Below, piece after piece: positions 32,630-43,637 of a stretch of 64,000 nt of DNA. The DNA lies in contig CBDANS010000004.1 of assembly GCA_965197745.1 (NCBI GenBank), positions 96,001 through 160,000 on the forward strand, written 5' to 3'. Position 1 is the stretch's first letter. Every line of letters begins with the position of its first letter. The stretch comes from Opitutales bacterium (GTDB lineage Bacteria > Verrucomicrobiota > Verrucomicrobiia > Opitutales > PNEW01). The position numbers were made by a program, and so were the translations under genes. A model generated the notes under the pieces. That model was not told the origin of the DNA, made no database searches, and worked only from the letters and a program-made list of their open reading frames with translations.

Positions 32630-34741
32630 ATGGATCCTGAAGCAGCATTACGGAAGTACTTTGGATTCGATGCGTTCAGACCCGGCCAGGATGAAGTTAT
32701 AGATGCGCTCATTGCCGGTGAGGATGTTCTTGTTGTTATGCCCACGGGTGGGGGCAAGTCACTCTGTTACCAACTGCCGGCCCTAATCAAGGACGGTGTC
32801 GCCGTGGTGGTGTCACCTCTCATCGCCTTAATGAAAGACCAGGTTGATAGCCTGAACACCCAGGGGATCGCCGCTTCATTTATTAACAGCAGCATAACCC
32901 CCAGTGAACAAGGGCGTGTTTTAGATGACGTGTCCGCGGGAAAAATCAAGCTCCTTTATATCGCGCCAGAAAGATTTCGCGACCTGCGTTTTACCCGCGC
33001 GATGGCTGGCATTAATATTTTATTTTTTGCCATTGATGAAGCGCATTGTGTGTCGATGTGGGGGCATGATTTTCGACCTGACTATCTACGGGTGGGCGAG
33101 GCGGTAAAGCGCCTGGGTAGACCGCCTGTCGCAGCTTTTACGGCCACCGCCACGCCGGAAGTGCGTGCCGATATTCTCACCGCGCTCCACTTGAAGGAAC
33201 CGCGGCAGTTTATCACCGGTTTCGAAAGGCCCAACCTTGAGTTTCGCGTTACCGAAGCGAGTAAAAACGCCGATAAGTATGCTCATCTCAGTGGCCTTAT
33301 TGATAAATATAAAACGGGCATTATATACTGCGCGACCCGAAAACGGGTCGAAGAGGTAACGGTGCAACTCAAGTCCTGGGATATTGCTCACACTTCCTAC
33401 CACGGTGGAATGGATGATAGTGCGCGCACTTCGGCGCAGGAGGCATTTTTAAACAAGAGCACAGACATCGTTGTCGCCACTAACGCTTTTGGCATGGGCA
33501 TTGACCGGGCCGACCTTCGATTCGTCGCTCATTTTGAAATGCCTGGTAGCGTGGAAGCGTATTACCAGGAGGCGGGACGTGCCGGACGTGATGGATTACC
33601 GGCAGTGTGTGATTTGTTCTTCCGTCACAATGATCGACGTATCCAGGAGTTTTTTATCGATGGGAACAATCCGGGGAAGGCATTTATTGTCGATCTCTAT
33701 GCCACATTGCGTCAACTGGCTGATGAAAGCAGTGAAGTGATTATTTCTATTAACGAATTGTCCGAAAAAATGGGGTGTTCCAACTCTATGGCCGTTGGGA
33801 CCTCGCTAGTCCATTTATGGCGTCATGGCACTATCGAGCGTTTCGATATACCGGGTCAGCGCATTCGTGGAACCCGCTTGCTGAACCCTGAAATAAAGCC
33901 CCATGATCTGGAGATCGATGCTGAAGCCCTCGCGGATAAAGAACAGTGCGATCGCGCAAAATTGGAAGCGATGCTGGAATACGCCCAGGCCCTTGAATGC
34001 CGGCAGATGTGGATTTTAAATTATTTTGGAGAGCACAATGCCCTGCCTTGCGGGCGTTGTGATCGCTGTCAGTTAATTGCTCCTGAAGGTATTCGCGATC
34101 CAAGCGATGAGGAATCAGTTATTTTGCAAAAAACTTTAAGCGGGGTCGCCCGCATGTCATACCGCACGCGAAGCGGGGAATGGCGGCCGCGCTTTGGCAA
34201 AACACGCATCATTGAAATGTTAATTGGAAGCCGACGGTCTGAAGTCTTACAAAACGATCTCGACCAATTATCAACCTATGGATTGTTCCAGGAACAGGGA
34301 GCTGAATATTTAAGGAGTCTGTTTGACGATATGTTTCGCGCGGGGTTATTAAGGCGAACCGGTGGGCGATATCCCTTAATTACGCTAACGCCCTTGGGTG
34401 ACGCGGTGATGAAAGGGGAAGAGAGTGTAAAGCTTGCCTGGCCGAATGTGCTGAAAGCCAATCCATCGTACCGCAAGCATGATGATCTCCCCCCTCAGCT
34501 TGAAGGTGATTTCGACCCTAATCTATTTGAAGCATTGAAGAAAAAACGGCTAGCGCTTGCTCTGCCGCGTAAACTACCTCCCCATTATATTTTTACCACG
34601 CGTACTTTAAAGGAGATGGCCACAGCAAAACCCTTAAGCATTGAGGAGGCACAACACCTTCACGGTATTGGTAAGATCAACGGCCGGAAATGGCTGCCAG
34701 AATTTATACCGCTCATTGCCAGGAATTTGGCGGATAAATAA
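32630..34741 (+). CDS. recQ: RecQ family ATP-dependent DNA helicase with RQC and HRDC domains
   Basis: MPTGGGKSLCYQLP, DEAHC, QEAGRAGRDG, CGRCDRC. Confidence 0.93.
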   Translation: MDPEAALRKYFGFDAFRPGQDEVIDALIAGEDVLVVMPTGGGKSLCYQLPALIKDGVAVVVSPLIALMKDQVDSLNTQGIAASFINSSITPSEQGRVLDDVSAGKIKLLYIAPERFRDLRFTRAMAGINILFFAIDEAHCVSMWGHDFRPDYLRVGEAVKRLGRPPVAAFTATATPEVRADILTALHLKEPRQFITGFERPNLEFRVTEASKNADKYAHLSGLIDKYKTGIIYCATRKRVEEVTVQLKSWDIAHTSYHGGMDDSARTSAQEAFLNKSTDIVVATNAFGMGIDRADLRFVAHFEMPGSVEAYYQEAGRAGRDGLPAVCDLFFRHNDRRIQEFFIDGNNPGKAFIVDLYATLRQLADESSEVIISINELSEKMGCSNSMAVGTSLVHLWRHGTIERFDIPGQRIRGTRLLNPEIKPHDLEIDAEALADKEQCDRAKLEAMLEYAQALECRQMWILNYFGEHNALPCGRCDRCQLIAPEGIRDPSDEESVILQKTLSGVARMSYRTRSGEWRPRFGKTRIIEMLIGSRRSEVLQNDLDQLSTYGLFQEQGAEYLRSLFDDMFRAGLLRRTGGRYPLITLTPLGDAVMKGEESVKLAWPNVLKANPSYRKHDDLPPQLEGDFDPNLFEALKKKRLALALPRKLPPHYIFTTRTLKEMATAKPLSIEEAQHLHGIGKINGRKWLPEFIPLIARNLADK

Positions 34742-34876
34742 ACTGAATAGCTTTTTTGCGTAATAGCTTATCCGGCATAGAAGTATTTTTTATGACGAGA
34801 GGTTTCCCATTGTATTGCTTGCATTCAAGTGCATTTCTCTGAATATGATTAACTCTTGAAACATAAAAAGTAGAAG

Positions 34877-35749
34877 ATGCGTACAACCGTAACAGGAAAC
34901 TTTAATATTGGATTTTGCCGCTTAAACAGCCCCTGGCAAAAAAATTTAGACGAGCTTATAACCTGGGCTCAGGAGGTTGGATTCGGGGCTGTTGATCTGG
35001 GCAGAGACGGAGATGAAATTGCGGAGAGCGTGATCAAGGCAGGGCTTAAAGTGGGAACCGTCACCCTTCCGGAATGGCAGGGCATGCTCTCATCTGAAAG
35101 TAAAGAAAGAGATAAAGCGGTTGCTCTCAACAATGCATACATTGAAACCTGCTGCGCTCACGGAGTGAAAAACTTTTTCGTTGTTATGCTCCCCTCAGAT
35201 CCGAATAAAGAGCGTAAGGATAATTTTAGTTATATGGTTGATAGCTTTTCCCAGTTGGTGCCGGTATTAGAAAAATCTGACGGCCGTATTGTGATTGAAG
35301 GTTGGCCGGGGCCGGGTGCTCTTTGCACTACTCCCGAAACTTACCGTGCTTTTTTCAATGAAATTCCCTCTCCTACCATGGGTGTCAATTATGATCCCTC
35401 GCATCTTTTGCGAATGGGTATTGATCCCATGAGGTTTCTCCATGAATTCATCGAACGGGTATACCATCTTCACGGAAAGGATACGGAATTAATGGCAGAA
35501 AGATTATATGAATATGGCCACGAACAGGATTCTGCTTTTACCGATAAGATCCCTTTTGGAAATCAAGCCTGGCGCTACACCATACCGGGTCATGGGGTGA
35601 TGCGCTGGAGTGAAGCTTTTGAATTCCTCGAAGAGAGTGGTTATCAAGGGTGTGTTTCGGTGGAACTGGAGGATGCCAATTTTAACGGGAGCGAAGATGG
35701 CGAAAAGTTTGGATTGCTTAAATCTCTACAGTTTCTCGAGGGTTGTTAA
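34877..35749 (+). CDS. Sugar phosphate isomerase/epimerase (TIM barrel)
   Basis: IEGWPG, YDPSH, HGKD, SVELED. Confidence 0.85.
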   Translation: MRTTVTGNFNIGFCRLNSPWQKNLDELITWAQEVGFGAVDLGRDGDEIAESVIKAGLKVGTVTLPEWQGMLSSESKERDKAVALNNAYIETCCAHGVKNFFVVMLPSDPNKERKDNFSYMVDSFSQLVPVLEKSDGRIVIEGWPGPGALCTTPETYRAFFNEIPSPTMGVNYDPSHLLRMGIDPMRFLHEFIERVYHLHGKDTELMAERLYEYGHEQDSAFTDKIPFGNQAWRYTIPGHGVMRWSEAFEFLEESGYQGCVSVELEDANFNGSEDGEKFGLLKSLQFLEGC

Positions 35750-35758
35750 CGGGCGAAT

Positions 35759-36526
35759 ATGCCAGATGTCACGATGGATAAGAATGTCTACGAAAGTGAA
35801 CAACAATTAAACGAGTATTTACTTTTCCACTATGGCAATCCTTCTGAAATATTACCTTATGATTTCGGGCCGATTGAAGCCTTGAATTTTCCCTCCCGTT
35901 GTGTAAACGAATGCGTCGATTTTGAGAATTTATCGCCACAGGCACGAGCCTTAGACCTGGGATGCGCGGTAGGTCGCGCCAGTTTTGAATTGGCCAATCA
36001 TTGCGTGGAAGTTCTCGGGTTCGATTACTCGGAAAGTTTTATCCGTGCCGCGAATTTCTTAAAGAAAGAAGGAAGTTTACCTTACACTATAAAATTAACC
36101 GGCAATATCACTGGGCCTGCCAGCGCTGAAATATCATCGCATATAAACCGGGAGCGTGTTGTCTTTGAGGTTGCTGATGCCCACGCGCTACCGCCTGATC
36201 TCAGTGACTTTGACGTCGTTCTTGCCGCGAACCTTCTCTGCCGCATGAACAATCCAAGGAAGTTGCTTTTACGCCTTCCTCAACTCGTTAAAAAAGGTGG
36301 ACAACTTATTATAACAACCCCTCACACATGGTTGGATACCTTTACACCCCGTGAAAACTGGTTAGGCGCTACACCGGAGTCAGGTCAACCGCTTGATGCG
36401 ATTAAACAATTACTGTCACCGGCCTTTAATCTCACCACCTGTAAGGATATGCCATTTTTAATCCGTGAACATGCCAGAAAATACCAGTGGAGCGTAGCTC
36501 AAGCATCAATGTGGCACCGGCTTTAA
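35759..36526 (+). CDS. SAM-dependent methyltransferase resembling the OvoA C-terminal (mercaptohistidine N-methyltransferase) domain
   Basis: YESEQQLNEYLLFHYG, ALDLGCAVGRASFEL, MPFLIREHARKYQ. Confidence 0.75.
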   Translation: MPDVTMDKNVYESEQQLNEYLLFHYGNPSEILPYDFGPIEALNFPSRCVNECVDFENLSPQARALDLGCAVGRASFELANHCVEVLGFDYSESFIRAANFLKKEGSLPYTIKLTGNITGPASAEISSHINRERVVFEVADAHALPPDLSDFDVVLAANLLCRMNNPRKLLLRLPQLVKKGGQLIITTPHTWLDTFTPRENWLGATPESGQPLDAIKQLLSPAFNLTTCKDMPFLIREHARKYQWSVAQASMWHRL

Positions 36527-36591
36527 TGATCCTGTTATTACTCAATCATCGCGTCCATCGTTAAGCCCATTTTCAATATCTCACTATAGAG

Positions 36592-36633
36592 AAAAAAAAA
36601 GCCACCTTCCAAGGGGGAGGGGGAAGGTGGCTT
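36592..36633 (-). terminator. Rho-independent terminator with C-rich loop
   Basis: Minus strand AAGCCACCTTCC-loop-GGAAGGTGGC followed by T9. Confidence 0.8.
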
Positions 36634-36835
36634 AGGGAGTAAGGTCAGCCGTTCTCTAAACTAACCTAACTTTAACTGTCGCTTTATTATCACTTGGGCA
36701 TGAGCCCATTTGGCTTTTTATAGCAGCCAAAATCCTATGCTTTGGGTTAATATTAAAAATTCAGTGAACACGCTATTTTCTATCACACTGACAGGGTGTC
36801 TGCTTATCACGGTTCATAACAGGTATCGCTAAAAG

Positions 36836-37456
36836 TTAGAATGATATGCCCGGTGAATTATTCCCTGAATCAACGATAATTTTACGCAATGCCGGTAATA
36901 AATTGATAATGATCGCCGGGTCATTTCGAATTTTAGCTTGTAAAATAAGGCCGCAAAAATAACTGAATACAGCATCGACAATATCATTGAGATTACCGCT
37001 CAATTCACCGGTTTCTCTGGCCTCATTTATAGCGAATGCTATATATACTTTATAGCGATCGAATATCTCCTCTATTTTTATTCGTACCGATTCGTCCTGC
37101 GCACTTAATTCGATGCCAAGATTGCAGAATGGACAGCCAGGAACGCGTCCTATTTCCTTTTGTTTCTGTTTCTGATAATCGTATTGATTGCGAAAAAGGT
37201 TTTCAATTCGGTCCAGGGGGGCGACTTCAGGATCAAAAGCGGGTTCAATTACCAGTACTTGCAACTCTTTCCACCAGGCATCAATTGCAGCATGAATAAT
37301 GGCCGATTTTGAGTTAAAGAAGTGGTAAATGCTCCCTTTATTCACTCCCGCTTCCAGACAGAGAGCATCGACACTAACCGAACCACAACTTTTATTCCAA
37401 AAGCTACTCTTAGCAGCTGCGATGATACGCTCTCTGGCGTTGCTTTTGCGTCCCAT
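36836..37456 (-). CDS. TetR/AcrR family regulator
   Basis: AGVNKGSIYHFFNSK HTH; GCPFCNLGIEL. Confidence 0.92.
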   Translation of the reverse strand: MGRKSNARERIIAAAKSSFWNKSCGSVSVDALCLEAGVNKGSIYHFFNSKSAIIHAAIDAWWKELQVLVIEPAFDPEVAPLDRIENLFRNQYDYQKQKQKEIGRVPGCPFCNLGIELSAQDESVRIKIEEIFDRYKVYIAFAINEARETGELSGNLNDIVDAVFSYFCGLILQAKIRNDPAIIINLLPALRKIIVDSGNNSPGISF

Positions 37457-37510
37457 TTACGATATACTTGACTAATAAGTATAGAAAATCGCAAATGATA
37501 GAGCAAGTAA

Positions 37511-38167
37511 TTAATAGGGAGCGTTAATATTCATCTTTCGGTGTGACAAAGGGACCCCCCTCGCGGGTTTTTTCCCGGGAATCGATTTTTTTTCTTTTTC
37601 ATACGAACTTTCAATGGGGGGACGTTTTTGAATTTGATTTTCCCGAGCCCGGTGAATAATTTCACGATGGTATCGGTGTCGTTCCTGAGGGGACATATGC
37701 TGCATTTTTCTTCGTTCGTTAATACGCTCTTCGTGTGTCATTCCAAGCCAGTGGTGGCGCATAAGCTCACGATCTTCTAAGGACATACTATCAAAGCGTC
37801 TGCGCATATCCTCTTGTTGTCTAGGGTGGAGTTTCTTGAAAGCTTGTATTTGATTGCGTAAAGCTTCCCTTTCTTCCAGTGGCATATTTTCAATCTTCTC
37901 AATGGTCAGCCGGATTTGCCGTAATTTATCAGGGGGTAATCTAAGGAAACGATCGAGCATAGTCATTTCATTGATTTTTCTCTGACGCTCTTGAGGTGAA
38001 AGATCGCGGAAATTGTTAGCATATGTGGGTGAGGAATCAGGAGACAACTTGCTTACAGATTTTTCATCCTGTTGATCATTGGCGATGATAAAAGGGGTGT
38101 TAAAAAGCATTAATCCGACAAGGATAAACCCTCTTCTCATCAGTGTACTTAATCGGTTATTATTCAT
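37511..38167 (-). CDS. Exported helical protein (DUF3106/periplasmic sensor-like)
   Basis: Signal peptide; repeated LSPQER/LPPDK/MSLEDR/MSPQER units; third gene of the ECF operon. Confidence 0.65.
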   Translation of the reverse strand: MNNNRLSTLMRRGFILVGLMLFNTPFIIANDQQDEKSVSKLSPDSSPTYANNFRDLSPQERQRKINEMTMLDRFLRLPPDKLRQIRLTIEKIENMPLEEREALRNQIQAFKKLHPRQQEDMRRRFDSMSLEDRELMRHHWLGMTHEERINERRKMQHMSPQERHRYHREIIHRARENQIQKRPPIESSYEKEKKSIPGKKPARGVPLSHRKMNINAPY

Positions 38168-38200
38168 TGCCTGGCAGAATAGATAGAAAACAGGGTTCAG

Positions 38201-38704
38201 TTACTGGATGAAGATTTCCAGGGTTTCGAAGGTATTATTATCGAGGAGAAAGTTTACATCGCTGAGAGACTCGGCAAGGACAAACAATTCGTTCATGGTG
38301 GGCTCATCCCTATCATCTATGACGAACTGCGAAGGGAGTAATACTTTTGTAGCATCCACCTGGCTGCCAATATCACCATCGGTCTGCTTAGAATTAACGA
38401 AATACAGGGTTAAGAAAGTAACAACGATAACTGCCGCAGCCGCTATACTTTGCAATGCGCTCAAGAAACGGGTCTTTTTTACGCTGCGAACTTTATTGAG
38501 CGTATCATCGATAAATTCGCTTGAGGTTGAAATGGGGTGGTCTGCCAGCAACTGGTCGAGCTTGTCATCATTTTCGATGAGCCCAATCTCATCCTTGAGG
38601 CGCTTCAACGTTCTCTCCACGAAATCGGGCGTAGCCTCAACTGACCGGGCAGCGAGCAATGCATCGATTTTATTGTCGTTGTAATCTGTATTCTGGTCAC
38701 TCAC
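38201..38704 (-). CDS. Putative membrane anti-sigma factor
   Basis: Overlaps sigma stop; single TM helix IAAAAVIVVTFLTLYFV. Confidence 0.65.
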   Translation of the reverse strand: MSDQNTDYNDNKIDALLAARSVEATPDFVERTLKRLKDEIGLIENDDKLDQLLADHPISTSSEFIDDTLNKVRSVKKTRFLSALQSIAAAAVIVVTFLTLYFVNSKQTDGDIGSQVDATKVLLPSQFVIDDRDEPTMNELFVLAESLSDVNFLLDNNTFETLEIFIQ

Positions 38705-39240
38705 AGGAGATCCTTTAATTCATTTTTAAGGTACTGACGTGCGCGAAAGACCCAGGATTTTACCGCACTTACGGTTGCCTCCATAATTTCCGCAATTTCC
38801 AGATAACTTAATTCCTGTTGTTTCAGTAAAAGTATGGCTGTCCTTTGATTTTCCGGTAAGCCATATAAGGCAAGGGTGAAGGCTTCTTCAATTTCCATTA
38901 TATTGAGATTGTCTCGGCCCGAATCGATTGCCGTTAGTTCAGCGGGGTCAACCGTTTCGAGGGGTTTACGCTTCATGCGGCGGTATTCATTGATGAGCAG
39001 TCGTCTCGCGATATGGAATAGAAAAGTAGAAAATTTGGCTCTGGGTTGGTAGTTGGGGGCCGCTCGATAGAGGCGAATGAAAACCTGTTGAGCGAGGTCT
39101 TCTGACTGCTCAACCGATCCCAGCGAGCGGTAGAAAAAATTAATCAATGGGTTTTTCCATTTTTTAATGAGAATCGCTAATGAAGCTTCATTCCCGACCC
39201 CTATTTGCTGCATTAGAGCGATATCGGTATCAGCTCCCGT
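38701..39240 (-). CDS. ECF RNA polymerase sigma factor
   Basis: EDLAQQVF, KFSTFLFHIARR, LSYLEIAEIM..VKSWVFRAR; first ATG 39213, frame open to ACG 39240. Confidence 0.92.
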   Translation of the reverse strand, partial: TGADTDIALMQQIGVGNEASLAILIKKWKNPLINFFYRSLGSVEQSEDLAQQVFIRLYRAAPNYQPRAKFSTFLFHIARRLLINEYRRMKRKPLETVDPAELTAIDSGRDNLNIMEIEEAFTLALYGLPENQRTAILLLKQQELSYLEIAEIMEATVSAVKSWVFRARQYLKNELKDLL

Positions 39241-39331
39241 CTATTATAATATATACCAATGGTTTATAATATTCCTTCCCAATTATTGACAAAATTGCTT
39301 GCAAGTAAGCATGATTGAGGCATTAGTGTAC

Positions 39332-40588
39332 ATGATGCAGGCAACTGAAGGAAAACATAAAAAATTTAGTCCCCTTAATTCCTGGGAACACCCCAAAAAA
39401 AGTTCTATCAAAGTAAGGGAAGTCATCAACCGTAACGCCGGTGACGATTACGGATTTTCCTACCAGGTCTTCATTCCCTCGAAGTTAGCCGGCAAGCGAA
39501 TCAGAAAACAGTTCAAGCATAAAGATGCCGCTTTTGCATGGGCAAAAGAACAACACGAACAATTGCTCCAATACGGGCAGCATCATTATAACCTGGACTA
39601 TAACCAATTAAGGGATGCATTCAATGCGCTCGAAAAACTTGAAGGTTTCGACATTACCCTCTCAGAGGCAGCGGAGTTTGCAAAGATCCATTTGCATCCC
39701 CTTGCCGGTGATATCTCAGTGTTGGAATTGACGGCAATAATGATTGAAGAAAAGGAGAAACAGAACCTGCGCGCCCGTTCCATTAATGATATCCGCTCAC
39801 GGATGGGAATCTTTTCAAGAAGCTTTGGGAGACGACTGGTCAAAGAGATTTCACAGTCGGAAATAGAGGAGTGGCTCAATACCCTCAGTGCCCTCTCGAT
39901 GAGGAGTATTATAAACTACCGCTTGTGCTTAAGCTCCTTTTTTAACTATGCCGTCACCCAGGGCTACCGGATCGATAATCCCGTGACGAGAATCCCTATG
40001 CCTAAAATAGACTGGAAGCCCCCTGTCATTCTCAAAGTCACTCAAGCGGAAGACTTGGTATTGCATGCGGCAAAGACCGATGAAGAAAAGGGGCTTTTGC
40101 CTGTGGTCGCATTAGGACTGTTCGCAGGTTTAAGGAGCACTGAAATCTCGCGGCTTGACTGGTCGGCGATCGACCTGGAGCGCAAGTTACTGACGGTTGG
40201 GCCACAGATAGCTAAGAAGCGCCAGTTAAGGGTGGTTGATCTAATGGACAATTGTGTGGCGTGGCTGCAGAGGTGTGATCAAAAGACAGGGCGTATATCA
40301 CCAACCAATTATTTTAAAAGCTTTGCAGAACTTACCAGACAAGCGGGCCTCGCCAAGTGGGGGGAAAAATACAGTAATGCGATGCGCCACAGCTTCGGCA
40401 GCTACTATTATGCGCTGACAAGTGATGCGGGTAAAACAGCAGCGATGCTGGGCCATAAATCGAACGACCAGGTGCTATTTGATCACTACCGAAGCCTGGT
40501 GGGCAGATCGGAGGGGGAAAAGTATTTCTCAATCCTACCGGCAGATAAAGAGCAAACGGTTGTCGCATTTAAACCTTTAGATAAGTAG
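39332..40588 (+). CDS. Tyrosine recombinase/integrase, apparently intact
   Basis: FAGLRSTE, AKKR, NAMRHSFGSY, LGH, DHYR catalytic residues. Confidence 0.92.
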   Translation: MMQATEGKHKKFSPLNSWEHPKKSSIKVREVINRNAGDDYGFSYQVFIPSKLAGKRIRKQFKHKDAAFAWAKEQHEQLLQYGQHHYNLDYNQLRDAFNALEKLEGFDITLSEAAEFAKIHLHPLAGDISVLELTAIMIEEKEKQNLRARSINDIRSRMGIFSRSFGRRLVKEISQSEIEEWLNTLSALSMRSIINYRLCLSSFFNYAVTQGYRIDNPVTRIPMPKIDWKPPVILKVTQAEDLVLHAAKTDEEKGLLPVVALGLFAGLRSTEISRLDWSAIDLERKLLTVGPQIAKKRQLRVVDLMDNCVAWLQRCDQKTGRISPTNYFKSFAELTRQAGLAKWGEKYSNAMRHSFGSYYYALTSDAGKTAAMLGHKSNDQVLFDHYRSLVGRSEGEKYFSILPADKEQTVVAFKPLDK

Positions 40589-40858
40589 CGCACGTGAGCT
40601 TATTAATCTACAATCCGTGCAAGTATAGAATAGCAGCGAGTGGGTTGAGCGGACTTTGGGTTGCACCGGTAGTGGGTCAGTTTGAAAAATATTGAGTTTG
40701 CACCGCGTCGATTTTCTGTCATAATCATTCGCTGTGAAAGAGAGAGAAGAACATTCCCGCGATGGCAAGCAGTTTGCCAAGTCTGTCGTGGAGTTGGATG
40801 CGGGCGAGCGAGAAATCAGTCTTAAGGTTACCCCAGTGCATAAGTTTGGGCAGAAGGG

Positions 40859-42145
40859 TGGTCGTGACCACGAAAACTGGTCCACTTGAAAAGTTAGTCT
40901 GGTCCAACTAGAAAGGACACAGACAATGAAAGGCAAAAGATACACGACCGAAGAGAAAATACGGATGCTGCGCCAGGCGGACAAAGGGAAAACGATCCTG
41001 GAAGCATGCCGCGAGAACAACATAAGCGAACAGACCTTCCACCGCTGGAAACGTGAGTTTGGGATGATTGATGTCAACCAGGCCAAGCGGATGAAGGAGC
41101 TCTTTGAAGGAGAACGCGCGGTTAAAACGGATGCTGGCGGACAAGATGCTGGGGATAGAGATCCTGCAGGAGACCCTCGAAAAAAAACTGTAAGCCCTGG
41201 GCACAAGCGGCAAGTGGCAGAGAGACTTGTGACTCGGGGCCAGTGTTCGATGCGAGCGGGGTGCCGGTACTTTCGGCTGCACCGTTCCACCTATGCGTAT
41301 AGGGCCAAGCATCCGGATGCCTGGCTAACGAAACTAAAAGCGGCAGTAAGGCGGTTATCACGGCAATACGCGAGGTGGGGCTATCCCAAGATCACGAAGC
41401 TGTTGAAGGACGAAGGCTGGCAGGTGGGTAAACGTCTCGTGCAAGGTCTGCGACGTGAACTGGGTCTGGCGATCCCCCCACGCAAGCCAAGACGCCGGCG
41501 CAGGGGTGTCTGCACCGGGCTACCGACAAAGGCCGAACATCCCGACCATGTTTGGACCTGGGATTTTATCCACGATAAGACGGTTCGCGGCGGCAGTCTA
41601 AAAATGCTGACCGTGCTCGATGAGTACACCCGCGAGTGCCGGGTGATCCATGTTGATCGCCATATCAATGCGGAAACGGTGCGCGGTATCATGCAAAAAC
41701 TGCTCGACCGGCATGGGCCGCCAAAATATATTCGTAGCGACAACGGTTCCGAGTTTATTGAAAGCCAATTGAGAGCCTGGCTAACTGCGATGAAAATCAA
41801 AACCCTCTATATCGAACCAGCAAGCCCTTGGCAGAACGGATACATTGAATCGTTCCATGCCCGTTTTCGCGAGGAGTGTTTAAACCGTGAACAGTTATGG
41901 ACTTTGACCGAAGCCCGCGTGGTCATCGAAGATTGGCGCTGGCTTTACAATCATGTCCGACCCCACCGCAGCCTCGGCAACATCACTCCACGGCACTTCA
42001 CTGAAAACCTCAATACCGAAGGCTCGGGCTCCATTCGGGCTACGCCCTCATTGCGCCCAAGCCTTGACTTCCTCTACCAACTTAACTTCAACATTAACCT
42101 CTCCAGACTAACTCTCCCGGTGGACCAGTTTGTGTAACCCGACCA
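40859..42145 (+). mobile_element. IS3-family element, variant A, copy 2 (1287 bp, no core insert; continuous 403-aa ORF)
   Basis: Same IRs and nearly the same sequence as 5297-6614; SDNGSEFIES intact. Confidence 0.95.
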
Positions 42146-42311
42146 GAGGGAAGGAGATGTTATTAGCATTGGATTTTGTTCATAGATTATTCGATCTAAT
42201 ACAATTTTGTGAATCTCCTGATAAGAATCTTGTAAACTAAGTCTAGTTGTTATTTTTAACCAAAATTTACAAAGCTTATATTTATTAGAAACGTAATAAC
42301 GTGTTGGACTA

Positions 42312-43629
42312 TGGTCGTGACCACGAAAACTGGTACACTTGAAAAGTTAGTCTGGGTAACCTAGAAAGGACTCAGACAATGAAAGGCAAAAGATACACAA
42401 CTGAAGAGAAAATACGGATGCTGCGGCAGGCGGACAAAGGGAAAACGATCCTGGAAGCATGCCGCGAGAACAACATTAGCGAACAGACTTTCCACCGCTG
42501 GAAGCGTGAGTTTGGGATGATTGATGTCGACCAGGCCAAGCGGATGAAGGAACTCTTTGAAGGAGAACGCGCGGTTAAAACGGATGCTGGCGGACAAGAT
42601 GCTGGGGATAGAGATCCTGCAGGAGACCCTCGAAAAAAAACTGTAAGCCCTGGGCACAAGCGGCAAGTGGCAGAGAGACTTGTGGCTCGGGGCCAGTGTT
42701 CGATGCGAGCGGGGTGCCGGTACTTTCGGCTGCACCGTTCCACCTATGCGTATAAGGCGAAGCATCCGGATGCTTGGTTAATGAAACTGAAGGCGGCAGT
42801 AAGGCGGTTATCACGGCAATATGCCAGGTGGGGCTATCCGAAGATCACGAAGCTGTTGAAAGACGAAGGCTGGGAGGTGGGTAAACGTCTCGTGCAAGGT
42901 CTACGACGCGAACTGGGCTTGGCGATCCCCCAACGCAAGCCAAGACGTCGGGGCAGGGGTGTTTCCACCGGGCTGCCGACCAAGGCCGAACATCCCGGCC
43001 ATGTTTGGACCTGGGATTTTATCCACGATAAGACGGTCCGCGGTGGCAGTTTAAAAATGTTGACCGTGCTCGATGAGTACACCCGCGAGTGTCGAGTGAT
43101 CCATGTTGATCGCCATATCAATGCGGAAACGGTGCGCGGTATCATGCAAAAACTGCTTGCCCGTCATGGGCCGCCACAATATATTCGCAGTGACAACGGT
43201 TCCGTTCCGAGGAGCGAAGCGACGACATGCGAAGCCATTCATTGAAAAGGAATTGAGAGCCTGGCTAACTGCGATGAAAATCAAAACCCTCTATATCGAA
43301 CCAGGAAGCCCTTGGCAGAACGGATACATCGAATCGTTGCATGCCCGTTTTCGCGAGGAGTGTTTAAACCGTGAACAGCTATGGACTTTGACCGAAGCCC
43401 GCGTGGTGATCGAGGACTGGCGCTGGCTTTACAATAATGTCCGACCCCACCGCAGCCTCGGCAATATCACCCCACGGTGCTTCGCTGAAGACATTAATAC
43501 CGAAGGCTTGGGCTCCATTCGGGCTACGCCCTCATTGCGCCCAAGCCTTGACTTCCTCTACCAACTTAACTTCAACATTAACCTCTCCAGACTAACTCTC
43601 TCGGTGGACCAGTTTACGTAACCCGATCA
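42312..43629 (+). mobile_element. IS3-family element, variant B, copy 3 (carries 31-bp core insert)
   Basis: IRL TGGTCGTGACCACGAAAACTGGTACAC, IRR ..GTTTACGTAACCCGATCA; scattered substitutions relative to variant A. Confidence 0.95.
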
Positions 43630-43637
43630 GAATTTAT

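Noticed and set aside
40577..41312. Antisense ORFs repeated in every IS3 copy
   Set aside because: Recur only because the IS is repeated; no recognisable motifs
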